A DNA stretch of 64,000 nt, taken from the NCBI GenBank assembly GCA_024704765.1, contig JAKMXF010000210.1, positions 496,001 to 560,000 on the forward strand, read 5' to 3'. The notes under the pieces are model-generated. The model saw only the letters and a list, made by a program, of their open reading frames with translations, did no database searches and had not been told where the DNA came from. Positions within the stretch are counted from its first letter, which is position 1, and the number at the start of each line of letters is the position of its first letter. Origin of the DNA: Oopsacas minuta. Lineage: Eukaryota; Animalia; Porifera. The position numbers and the translations under genes were made by a program. Of the stretch, positions 49,064-59,803 are shown in pieces.

Positions 49064-51988
49064 TTAGTCTTTGTTCATTCTGTCTCCAAACAAGTTCACT
49101 GCCTTCTCCAGCTTGGTAATTCTTTTATTGATATCATTTTCAACTGATACTATCTGTTCAGTTGCTCGCAGGTTTTGCCTTTCATCTCCCTCAACACGCT
49201 TAACGCAGTTGTTGATTTCCTTCAGCTGTCTATCTGTCTCATTATGGTTGGCTTGTGATTGAGCACTCAGCGTATCGATCTTCCTCGCAGCAGCAATAGT
49301 TTCTTTATCTTTATCTTCTCCATGTCCTAATTTCCTTAGTTCTTCATTTATCTCGAGTTTGTGCTTTCTCTGTTCCGACTGCACTTCATTCAACTTTAGA
49401 GCCAAATCTGCTTCTAGCGTATCCACTTTCCTCATTAGCTCTTGTACATTTACCTCAATTTTCACGTGTGCATTCGTTACCTTGTTCACTTCAAATACCA
49501 CACGATCCATCTCATCTTTTAGATCTAGTCCTCCAACCTGTGATACCTTCTGGTTTACGATTATAACTTCTTTGTGCACGTCATCAATTCGTCTGTTTGT
49601 ATCATTCTGTCCCTCTGTAAGAATTTCAAGCATATCCCTCAAGGCATCAAACCTCTTGTCTAGTGCGTATATCCCAGCATTGAGGGCATCTTCTATTTGA
49701 GCAGAAATTGAATCGTGCTTATCTCTCCCCTCCAAACACTGATCATCCTCCGCCATATACTTATCCCAATAGTAGAATGGTATGGATATTACCTCCAGGT
49801 CCTTCATCATCCTCCTTCTCATAAAAGAGAGAATCGAGACTATAGAGCGTCTCTCGATGTGAACAATTACGTCCAGCTTGTATTGGTGTGGAAGTCCGAA
49901 TGCTTCGCTGTAAGCGTGCACGAATTGAGCATTCAGAACTCCAGCCAACAAGAGCCAGGCGAAAAACGCCAAACTTGCTAAGATTAACAATACAACGAAC
50001 TTAGCACTCGTGGGACCGACAATTGGGACTGCTAACAACGTCTGATCAAGGACAGTGAAGATACTGCCTTGAGCATTGCCTTCCAAAAAGTCGTACATTG
50101 TTTCGGAAGATTGCTGATACTGAAGACTTGGGAAGATGGCTACATAGAATCCAAGGATTATTATGAACAGGATAAAGATTAGCTTCAGATACTGTCCTGT
50201 GAAGAGTTTTAGAATTCCCCCAGTGTATCTGCCGTGGCAAGAGAAATACATGGTAGCTTTGAAAAAACGTAGATAATTGATGAGTAGGACTATTGAGGCC
50301 AGTAAATACTGAGCCTGAGTGTTGAGGGCCCAGAAGGGAATCAGCAAAATTAGACTTACGCTGCCCAGCACATCAATAACGTTACGGATGTCACAGTAGT
50401 ACACAGATATACTTTTACTAATATTTTTCAGTTTTCGGAAAAACGCACGAATTGCTTTCCCAAACTTAAAGCAGACACCTGGACAGCAAAAACGAAGGCC
50501 TTTGTTCATCCTAAGCCAGGTTTCCTTCCTCTCTAGCTCAGAGTAAGCAGTGTATGTCGAGATGAGTTGTTCCATAACAGATACCAAGATATAACCAATA
50601 ACCATTATGATCAGAAATATTTGGCACACCAATCGGAAGAGATTTGCTGATGACTCAAATGCTGTTGCATTCGGTGCATACGCCCTATGGATGATGGTGA
50701 ACGTCAAGAAGAAAAGGAAGATGAGATAATAGATTAGGCAGAACCAAGGGTAAAAAGAGTAGACTGGGAATTTTCCATCTGCATATGCCTTGATTAGAGG
50801 ATGGTTAACCAACTCAGAGGCTTTGTCAGTTGAGATACGATTCAGTAAAGTAGGTGACGTCATTGTCCAATGGTACCCGGGGATTTCTTGAGACTCTAGG
50901 ATTCCAGGGCGTAGTTGTACCTTCTTACTTCCCTGTTTCTGATCAACTTGTTTGTCAAACACGATCTTGAGTGTGTGGTAGCATTTCAGATTGTAGAGAC
51001 AGTGTGCAAGGGTTGTACCTTTGAAATATCGAGTACTGAGTTGTTCTTGTAGCAGCTCGTTCGGTATTGTGTAGAGTAAATGGGCTAACATGTTGTCTTT
51101 CCCTGCTAACATCAAAACTTCTATTGCGTTCAAGTTATATGATGACATAGGTTCGAATATCTGGGACTCAATATCTGACTGGTCTAGCTGTTTCAAGAGG
51201 ACAAGCATCGCTTCGTAGTTTCCATTCCACGCGGAAAGGAATAGAGCAGAGTATCCGCTACCACCAGAAGATACCTGTTCTTCTTCATCCGATTTCTCTA
51301 CAACATCTCCTGTCAATTCGCTTAGCAACTTGTCATAGGATTCTAGTTTGTATCTGATAGTTGGATCACTTCCTGATTTCAGAAGGAGATTGCAAAGCAG
51401 TTCGTTTCCACTAATGCAAGCATAGGAGAATGCGTTGTGTCCATCTTGATCTACAGCATCTATTTCGGAAATTCTTGAAAGTAGGAATTTTGTAGAATTT
51501 ATTTTTTCGTTCTTAACAGCTGCAATGAGTGGCGTTTGTTCGAGGTCATTTTTCTGATTCACATCTAATTGATCCTCACACTCTTCTACAAGATAGTCTA
51601 TTAGCTTTAGATTATCAGAAATAGCTGCAAAGTGTAGGAGATTATTCCCTGCAGTGTCTTTTACATCTGGGCTTAGTTTTTTGGAGTTTATGATAAGGAC
51701 TACTACTTGCATATGCCCAGCTTTGGTAGCCTCTATAAGACATTCAGGTTCTAGGTCGTCTTCTCCATTTACTGCATCGCTAATTGCTGCAATCTTCCCT
51801 AGTCTAGCAGCACGAACCAACTCGCTTTCTTGCGGCTTTTCCTCTTTTTCTTCAATGCCAATTGGGGAGGGGGTTTTCCTGTCACCGTCGAAAACCGTCT
51901 CTTGTATTTGATCTTTATCGGGTTCTCCCTTCTTATCATCATCTTCCTTAGCGGCTAGCTGTACGTATTCTTTGGATGTACTTGTCAT
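49064..51988 (-). CDS. Ankyrin-repeat TRP-like 6TM channel with a long C-terminal coiled coil
   Basis: About 6 ankyrin repeats, a pre-S1 helix (VNHPLIKAY), S1-S6-like segments (S3 RNVIDV; S4 YLRFF; S4-S5 linker GRY), a post-S6 KLDVIVHIER segment and a ~230-aa heptad-rich tail; intronless. Confidence 0.7.
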   Translation of the reverse strand: MTSTSKEYVQLAAKEDDDKKGEPDKDQIQETVFDGDRKTPSPIGIEEKEEKPQESELVRAARLGKIAAISDAVNGEDDLEPECLIEATKAGHMQVVVLIINSKKLSPDVKDTAGNNLLHFAAISDNLKLIDYLVEECEDQLDVNQKNDLEQTPLIAAVKNEKINSTKFLLSRISEIDAVDQDGHNAFSYACISGNELLCNLLLKSGSDPTIRYKLESYDKLLSELTGDVVEKSDEEEQVSSGGSGYSALFLSAWNGNYEAMLVLLKQLDQSDIESQIFEPMSSYNLNAIEVLMLAGKDNMLAHLLYTIPNELLQEQLSTRYFKGTTLAHCLYNLKCYHTLKIVFDKQVDQKQGSKKVQLRPGILESQEIPGYHWTMTSPTLLNRISTDKASELVNHPLIKAYADGKFPVYSFYPWFCLIYYLIFLFFLTFTIIHRAYAPNATAFESSANLFRLVCQIFLIIMVIGYILVSVMEQLISTYTAYSELERKETWLRMNKGLRFCCPGVCFKFGKAIRAFFRKLKNISKSISVYYCDIRNVIDVLGSVSLILLIPFWALNTQAQYLLASIVLLINYLRFFKATMYFSCHGRYTGGILKLFTGQYLKLIFILFIIILGFYVAIFPSLQYQQSSETMYDFLEGNAQGSIFTVLDQTLLAVPIVGPTSAKFVVLLILASLAFFAWLLLAGVLNAQFVHAYSEAFGLPHQYKLDVIVHIERRSIVSILSFMRRRMMKDLEVISIPFYYWDKYMAEDDQCLEGRDKHDSISAQIEDALNAGIYALDKRFDALRDMLEILTEGQNDTNRRIDDVHKEVIIVNQKVSQVGGLDLKDEMDRVVFEVNKVTNAHVKIEVNVQELMRKVDTLEADLALKLNEVQSEQRKHKLEINEELRKLGHGEDKDKETIAAARKIDTLSAQSQANHNETDRQLKEINNCVKRVEGDERQNLRATEQIVSVENDINKRITKLEKAVNLFGDRMNKD

Positions 51989-52849
51989 TATTTCAAAGTA
52001 TGGATTTGAAGATGTAATACTATTTGTGGAAAATCGTGCCTTTTATGCATTCTTGCCTGTTTAATCAATGCATATACTTTAGTGTAAAATTTGCAATTAT
52101 CTCCCTTTATGTCAATCTAGCATGTCTATCGCACATAACTTCGACCACTGTAGTCTGAATGCTGAATTTGTTAGCCACATTGATCAATTTACAATCACTA
52201 TAAGAGTAGTATTAGGTCACCTTGTGAAGATATCTCTTTTGATTGTATTGCCGATTGTCGATTGCTCAGATAATTGAACAATTTTATTACCATCAAATCT
52301 ATAAGCAATTATTATTCAAATTTACTTTGAGGTGTTCAGCTTGAGTGTTAATTCAACTTTTCAGGTGTTCAAATAGGAATAAAATGCAAATTTGTTTGGC
52401 TCTGCAATCATTGCTTTAATTTTTTCGTTTGCATTCTATAAAGCTCTCTGCCATCAGCTAATATTTGTGGCATGTGCTTCCATCTGTTTGTAATTTTGTC
52501 ACTATGAACTTGCAGATATTGAACAGTTCTTTTGCAATTCAGTTAGTTTTTGAATTAGGCTTTATGTAGTTTGTATTAAATTTGAATGCGATTTCTTTTA
52601 CACTGAACAAATAAGCCATTGAATCAATTATAATACCCTCTATCGATGTATAACTCATTGTTCTTATAGGGCTTTAATTAATTAATTATTTTTATCCCAG
52701 TTTATTTAGTAATTAATATATCCACAGTAGTTAAGTAACATTTATTATGTCTCTTTGGTGTATGCGTTGCATTGATTATTCACTAATTACAATTCCATAT
52801 TATAATCTAGCTATTCTAATTTTATTTTCTTCTCATAATATTCTTACTC

Positions 52850-54041
52850 ATGTCTTCGAGGAATGGTATTGGTCCAAATAGGATATGCCAGTTCAAGCTG
52901 GTATTACTCGGTATGTGTATATTGGATTTGATTGAATGTGACGATTGTATGCTACGCTTCCTTTGTTTTGGTTAGGAGAATCAGCTGTGGGAAAATCTTC
53001 ATTAGTCCTGAGGTTCGTCAAAGGGCAATTTCATGAATATCAGGAAAGTACAATTGGCGGTGAGTTCTTTTTCCTGTCACTTTTATGAATTATTTTACAT
53101 AGTTATTTTGTTTTTATCTTCTTTAGCTGCCTTCTTGACGCAGACAGTTAATTCAGATGATGTGACTGTTAAATTCGAAATCTGGGATACAGCGGGCCAA
53201 GAAAATATCCTCCCAACGCGTTATTTATACTTATAGTTTACAAATATTATGATTACGTATTTAGTTTTGATGAGTTGTAGGTAAAAATGGCACCTGTACC
53301 ATCCTACATAATTCAAAACTATCACCATTTTCGTTTTCCGCTGAGATCGAAATAATATCGAAATTTGGCTAAATATATTTATTATAGTAATTGTTTGATT
53401 CTATTTTCCTAAACTCGGTGTAAGGTTCCATTCCCTCGCCCCAATGTATTACAGAGGAGCCCAAGCTGCTATCGTAGTGTACGATATCACAAATGTCGTA
53501 AGTATAAGTTTTATCTACAGCTCTGATCCTTTTTGTAATTTATCTTCCTGTGTGTTTCTATAGGATACATTCACAAGAGCGAAAAATTGGGTAAAAGAAT
53601 TACAGCGTCAGGCAAACCCTGATATTGTAATCGCTTTAGCAGGGAACAAGGTAGATTTGGCAGGCAAGAGATCTGTAGAATTCACAGTAAGTAACTACCT
53701 TGATTCTATCAAACAAGTATTTATCTCATATATTAATCCATTCTGTTTGATCACAGGACGCGCAGAGTTACGCTGACGATAACTCGCTCCTTTTCATGGA
53801 GACGTCGGCCAAGACAGCTCTTAATGTAAATGAAATGTTTGTCTCAATCGGTGAGTTCATTCGCTAGATATAATTTGAGTTATCAATAATTAAATTTAAT
53901 AATTTCTTAGCAAAGAGATTACCCAAAAATGAACCAGCACCACGACCTCCCGGTCTGAGTCAAGTGGGTGGAGCAGGCACATCATTCCCACTTCACAAAA
54001 GTGGCAAGAAATCAAAAGAAGGGTGTTGCAATAAGCAATAA
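52850..54041 (+). CDS. RAB5: Ras-related protein Rab-5, 7 exons
   Basis: Exons 52850-52910, 52976-53059, 53127-53204, 53424-53497, 53564-53686, 53757-53850 and 53911-54041 give [53 protein letters not shown] and a CCNKQ C-terminus. Confidence 0.95.
53205..53423 (+). other. U12-type (minor spliceosome) intron with AT-AA termini in RAB5
   Basis: The 5' end is ATATCCTCC, and a U12-like branch site TTTCCTAAAC lies ~10 nt before the 3' end. Only the AT..AA join restores GAA A|GG TTC (E-R-F). No phase-compatible GT donor occurs before the in-frame stop. Confidence 0.8.
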
Positions 54042-54459
54042 TTATCTCAGATAGACAATACTGTAACTATGTGTATAATACCAATTTACATTAACTTTGT
54101 CCCTATGATTGATTTCGCATGCCGTGAGCACGAAATTGAATAGATGTTCGTGCTTTCTCCTAATATATTGCTAATTATATTTGTTTGTTTGTTTGGTCCT
54201 GTTCATTGAGGTATATTATAATCAAGTATTGTACTCCTGTCTCAGTTATTGAGTTTTATAGTATTTTTATACAAACAAATAGCACTAATTAAACTCAATG
54301 TTGTCAATTATTCGTTTCTGTAGGGATTGTCATAGAAAATACGTCGCAGGTCTTGATATACATATATTCATGGCCTGTTAATTGTGTATGTTAGAATTCA
54401 TTTAATTATTTCAATACGAGTAATTTGATATTTTTATTTCCATCACACAAGTATAGAGA

Positions 54460-56160
54460 ATGAGATCATCTCTAAGACATTTCGTTCATTGGAGACCTCA
54501 GATTTACAAATATACACTCCGCTTCATAACTCAAAGCTCGCTAACTAAGGTTGATCTGGGACAATATGACAATTGCACGCTTATGGACATGCTTATTGAT
54601 CCGACTACTGATCCCGGAATTAAACCTTACGTTTATAAGGAGAGTTACTACAGAATTCCTACAATGTCTCCTTCCTATTTGTTACAGCTATTTAGAATAT
54701 TTGTAGACTCGAAAGTACCAAGAAATATCTGTGGGAAGGTTGCACAGGCTATTGTTCAGAAAATAAGTTCATTTTCCCCTGAGGAAAGAATTGAAGTGCT
54801 GAATATTATATTTGATAGTAGTTCACAAATTGTGGGCTATGGTAATGTAGTTAAGTTTATTCTTAGGGAGATAAACCCCCAGCGAATCAGTCCTGTTTTC
54901 TTGCTCAATATGTGGGCCAAATCTACAGATCGACAAGCCAGTATTCATCCATTCAAGTTAATGTATGAATTACTAAATTTTACCGTTTCAAAGCTTCACG
55001 AGTTGACAGACGCTCAATTACTAAAAATACTATTTTATCTTCGTAGTGTTAAAATAATCGAGCCTAAAAACATCTCAGCAATGCACTCTAATATTATGAC
55101 TCATCGTGGAGATAGGCATGACGTCATGGCAGGGCTTTTATTATTCCTAATGTGCTCGTTGAGATACGATAAAGATATAATCAATTCGTATTTAAAGATA
55201 CTCTATAGATCTATACAGGAAGAAAACATATCACCTGCATCTATTACTTTAGCTTCTGTTATGTCGAAACAATGTTTTATTTACCCCAAGCTTTATGAAG
55301 ATCTTGAGCCCTTTGTCACTAATTTCTATCAAGATAACACGCTACACAGAACTTGTGCTTATAGCTATTTATATGCTTCAATTATTGCTGATTATTTTCC
55401 TAAGAAATTTATTCAGTTGTATTTTACTCCTGAAAAGCTTGCTGCAATCAAAAGGGATGTTGAATGTTCTCCTTTTCTAACATCTGGCGTAGAAGTGTGT
55501 ACAGTTGTTGATTATGCCAGAGTTAAAGGAGTTGACCTAGGTTTATCAAATGAGGTATTAGGATTTATTGAAAAACTAGCTTATACTTTCTGTTTAAAAG
55601 CCTGGGAGTTTCACTGCAACGAGCTGAATCCGTGGGAGAACAGAGCTATAGCTCTAGTCGCTGAAAAATTTCCTTTGTATGTATCTTGGCCAACTAGAGC
55701 AGGTTACTTCATGGATTGTTGTATATTCTTAGATGATGATTGTAATCCTATTACCCTTGATTCATCTGCCTCTGTCCTAAAACAAAGAGATGGGACAAAG
55801 TCTAGCACTTTTGATAAATCTGGACTTGAGAACAAACCTGATCCATCTCGAGTAAATTTCGATCTTATCTGGGATCTCATGAACAATGAAGATATCCTGA
55901 AACGTATACCCAATAAGATCGTAATAGAATTCAATGGACCCCACCACTTCCTAAGGCCAACTTATTTCGAAGGGCCAATACTTAATCATTATCGTGTGGA
56001 AGGAGCAACTATGCTACGTAGAAAGTACTTGCAGGCTAGTGGATGGGAGTACATTGGCATACCATTCTTTCAATTCGAGCAGAGGTATTCCTCCTCCTCT
56101 CTCTGTGATTTCATTCTAAGACTGGCAAAACATGCGATAAAGTACAAAAATAATTCTTAG
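54460..56160 (+). CDS. RAP-domain protein (FASTK family-like), probably mitochondrial
   Basis: C-terminal RAP signature IVIEFNGPHHF..TMLRRKYLQASGWEYIGIPFFQF; helical-repeat body; basic N-terminal presequence. Confidence 0.8.
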   Translation: MRSSLRHFVHWRPQIYKYTLRFITQSSLTKVDLGQYDNCTLMDMLIDPTTDPGIKPYVYKESYYRIPTMSPSYLLQLFRIFVDSKVPRNICGKVAQAIVQKISSFSPEERIEVLNIIFDSSSQIVGYGNVVKFILREINPQRISPVFLLNMWAKSTDRQASIHPFKLMYELLNFTVSKLHELTDAQLLKILFYLRSVKIIEPKNISAMHSNIMTHRGDRHDVMAGLLLFLMCSLRYDKDIINSYLKILYRSIQEENISPASITLASVMSKQCFIYPKLYEDLEPFVTNFYQDNTLHRTCAYSYLYASIIADYFPKKFIQLYFTPEKLAAIKRDVECSPFLTSGVEVCTVVDYARVKGVDLGLSNEVLGFIEKLAYTFCLKAWEFHCNELNPWENRAIALVAEKFPLYVSWPTRAGYFMDCCIFLDDDCNPITLDSSASVLKQRDGTKSSTFDKSGLENKPDPSRVNFDLIWDLMNNEDILKRIPNKIVIEFNGPHHFLRPTYFEGPILNHYRVEGATMLRRKYLQASGWEYIGIPFFQFEQRYSSSSLCDFILRLAKHAIKYKNNS

Positions 56161-56516
56161 TTAGAAATATTTTATCTATCAATACGAGCACGATTACTTA
56201 GATGTAGCAATTAATCAATTACCTTTGCAATGTTTTTATTAGGAATTTTAGATTTAACAATTGAGTCTCGTAAGTTGGCATTACCACTTATCTTTAATTT
56301 TGTATGTACCAGATTGCAATACGTTTCTAATTTTAGTTCATTGATGCAATTATTCAGAATCAGTTTAGTGACGAAATGCCATGTGCAGTTGTGCACCTAT
56401 TCTAAATAATTTATTTGATTCTTCGTATATATATAATCATAAATATGCAGTCAGAAATGATGCAAGTCAAAACTTGGTAATTATAATTTAAGAAAAGTCG
56501 ATATCTAAATTTACAC

Positions 56517-59031
56517 ATGTCCTCTAAGTTTATGCACAGCCTCAAGTTATTGAGCTGTGCTTGGATTCTTCTCATTTGCTACCTGTTGACTTCTGTCTCT
56601 CACACAGCTGACACCAGCGAGGGGGCGCAGGAGCTGCCCTATGATGTAAACTATAGCTTAGATAGTCTAGAACCTGCTCTTCCAGTTATCGAAGATGAAC
56701 AGGAGGATTTACAAAACTCTGTTGGGGATGAAAGTGATATCTCGAGTGATTCTAGTAATGAAATCTCTATTGAATGGAAAGTAGGATTAGATAATGGATA
56801 TTTAGAACAACAGATAGTAGATAACATAGACATAATTGAGCAAAATACAGTCAGTAATGATCCTGTTATTGACCCAAATCTCAGTGAAGAAAACACTGAT
56901 TCTGATCAAAATGATTTACTGCAGCTACCAACCATGGATGAGTTTATAACTCAGAATACTAATGGTGCAATAAACACAGATCCTCTTCCTTCTGATGGCA
57001 TTCAAACTCCCACAACTTCTGCAACAAACTCATTTGAACAAAATACGAAAACACACGAGACTCCTCCTAAACAGAAGAATTATGCATCAGCTGATTGTGG
57101 GGCTAAGATAGTAGCTAGGAATCCTGAGAGCAGGAATACAGCTGGTATTCTCAATGAGAACAGAGATGATTATATGTTAAATAAGTGCTCCTTAGAATCT
57201 ATTTGGGTAACTGTAGAGTTATGTGACTATATACAAGTTCTCAGTATAGAGTTATCCGTTCATGAACTGTTCTCTTCTCTTCCAGAGAACTTCACAATGA
57301 GTCTCAGTCTTCAGGGAGGTGTCAAGCCAGATGATTGGTTACCTCCTACTCTATTCACAGCTAAGAACATTAGAGGAGATCAAATATTCCGCGTACCTAC
57401 ACTTGATCAGCACCACGCACGCTTCGTAAAGCTAAATCTGGTATCTCATTACGGTAATGAGCATTACTGCCCTATCACAACACTCAGAGTGTTTGGAGCA
57501 AACTACGTAGAAGTTCTAGAAGCAATTGAGAGAGGATCTGGTACACAAGCACCTGCTGTAGAGACTTCCCTACATCTGGATAATACTGATAGCGAACTTG
57601 ATGAGTTTGAAAAAGAGCAAATATTAGAAGGAGATAAACCCAAGGAAGGCTTCTTTACCAATGCACTAGATGGTTTGTATAAATACGTTTGGCCAGAGGA
57701 TGAACAGAATCCATCTGTCAATATCAATGTAACTCAAACTAGCTCTGATAATAATACAGTTAATCCTGAAATTATCACTGATGAAGTGATCGAGGAAGAA
57801 AAAGATCCTCCACTACCAGCTGATGATTTAACTACAGAGACATTAGAAAATGAATTTATTGATAGAGAGGAATCTGTCAGTGGATTAGTTAACCTGTCAA
57901 ACGTAACTGAGGACTTTAAAATACTATTAAATGATTATTCTCCGCATTCAATGGAAACTATTGAACCAGCAAATGAAATACATCTAAATGTAGAAGCAAC
58001 TATACAAGAAGACACATATGATGATGAAGACGAACATGAAAAATACAATAACAACGAAGAGAATATCAGTAATACTCCATCTGACGATAACTCGATAGAA
58101 GATACTGTCAGCTTAGAGACAGATGAATTACAGAGCGATGCTACTCCTAAAATAGAATTATCTCAAGGGCAAACAGTAGAAGAAGCAAATTCTATGACAT
58201 CAGATAACGAGGTTGAATTATCGGATGACTCAACACAGAATATTACAGGTAAGTTTAGTTAAGATTGGTAAACTTATTCTATTACTTTTCTAAATATGTT
58301 TAGATTCAATCCCTACTATCAGTAATGCTACACATGTAGAAAACAACTCTCTACCTGATGCTGCTTCAAATTCAACTCCTAAGGATCCCCCTATACCCAG
58401 CACACCTCCTACATCTCAGAACTACTTGGTACGCATGCAGGAGCGAATAGCTCGACTGGGAGAGAACGTTACTATCATTCACAAATATCTTGATCAGTTC
58501 AGACACTCTATTCAGAGAAATGTAAACCGTACAGAAGAAGTACAGCGTAGCTTGGAGAGGAAGCTCTCTCAGCTAGAAGATCTGGTTAATTTAACTTTAC
58601 TCAACAGTTATATACAATCTGAAGAAGTTGAAATTACAAAAATATACTGGACAGATATAATAACCAGTCTCACATATGAAATACAATACTTTAAGGCACA
58701 ATTATTGCTTTGTTTCTTAACTACTCTTATAATAATCATTATTATAGCTGCCATATCTGTTAAACGATCTAATGCCAAACTCAGACAAGAAATGAACTCT
58801 CTTTGTAAACAACTTAATGGTGAAATTCAAAAATTATTATATATTATACAGGAAGATAGGAAGAAACTAAAGAATGGATATATTCGTAATTATGAGAATG
58901 ATTATTTTGAAGGTCAACTGACAGACCAAGGAGTTCTCTCTGATTCCAATCTAAACTCATATGTTAATCACACTGCTAAGAAGAAGAAGAAAACTCGGAA
59001 GAACTCTAACCTTGTCCTACCCTATCCTTAA
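56517..59031 (+). CDS. SUCO: SUN domain-containing ossification factor (Slp1 family), 2 exons
   Basis: Signal peptide, SUN-like domain (NYASADCGAKIV..DDYMLNKC..VELCD..HELFSS..HYGNEHYCPITTLRVFG), intron 58249-58303, coiled coil (LVRMQERIARL) and a TM segment. Confidence 0.9.
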
Positions 59032-59803
59032 TTATTTCTAGTTCAATTGCCAATCCCTCGAGCAAGCTGATTCTACCCTTATATACACGCAGTTGCAATT
59101 ATTTTAGTAATGTATCACAATTTTGGACAAATTTGAATTATACTAAGTACAAGAAATATTTTAAGATTTTAATTTAGGGATAATTCCTACTTTGGGTTAG
59201 AGGACAGTTATCTAGATTATGAGTTCTGTACACATAGAGGAACTTGTCCACAACGAAACCGTCATAAATAATTGCCCCGGTAAACTCAGTTGCAAAGAGT
59301 TTAGATATCTGACTGAACTCAATATCTGACAGAGGCTAGACATTTCGTTAATTGCCTGTCCATCGATTTCGTTACCCTCTAAAGTCTAAATCTATAATAG
59401 AACTAAGGACATTCCTGAATCGCTCACCATAGCAACATAAGAGCTGGTCTATTTAATCTTATTATTTTATGTATTTTACTATTAAAACTGTCAAATTTTG
59501 AGCTACGAATAATATAATTCTGACACAGTAGGGAACAGGGAAAGGGCAGTTTATTTTCACACCCCATGGCCCTGCAGTTCATTGATTAACAAGGGTATAT
59601 TACGGATAATAGCTATGTTCAATTCCAGTTTCTACCTGCGTTATTAACTACTACAAATAGTTAGATAGCTAATTAGTGCCTAATTAGATAGTGGATAAAT
59701 CATCCCTGACTTTACCTAATACGATATGATCATTCTAGCTAATATTTCCCTATTAAATTATCCGATTTATACAAATTATTATATAATACATTTCTAGCTA
59801 GCA

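Noticed and set aside
59180-59640. Slightly GC-richer minus-strand segment with 48-56-codon open frames (one with a SAM-like NEIDGQA)
   Set aside because: There is no start or donor context and no convincing domain; it may be a decayed fragment.
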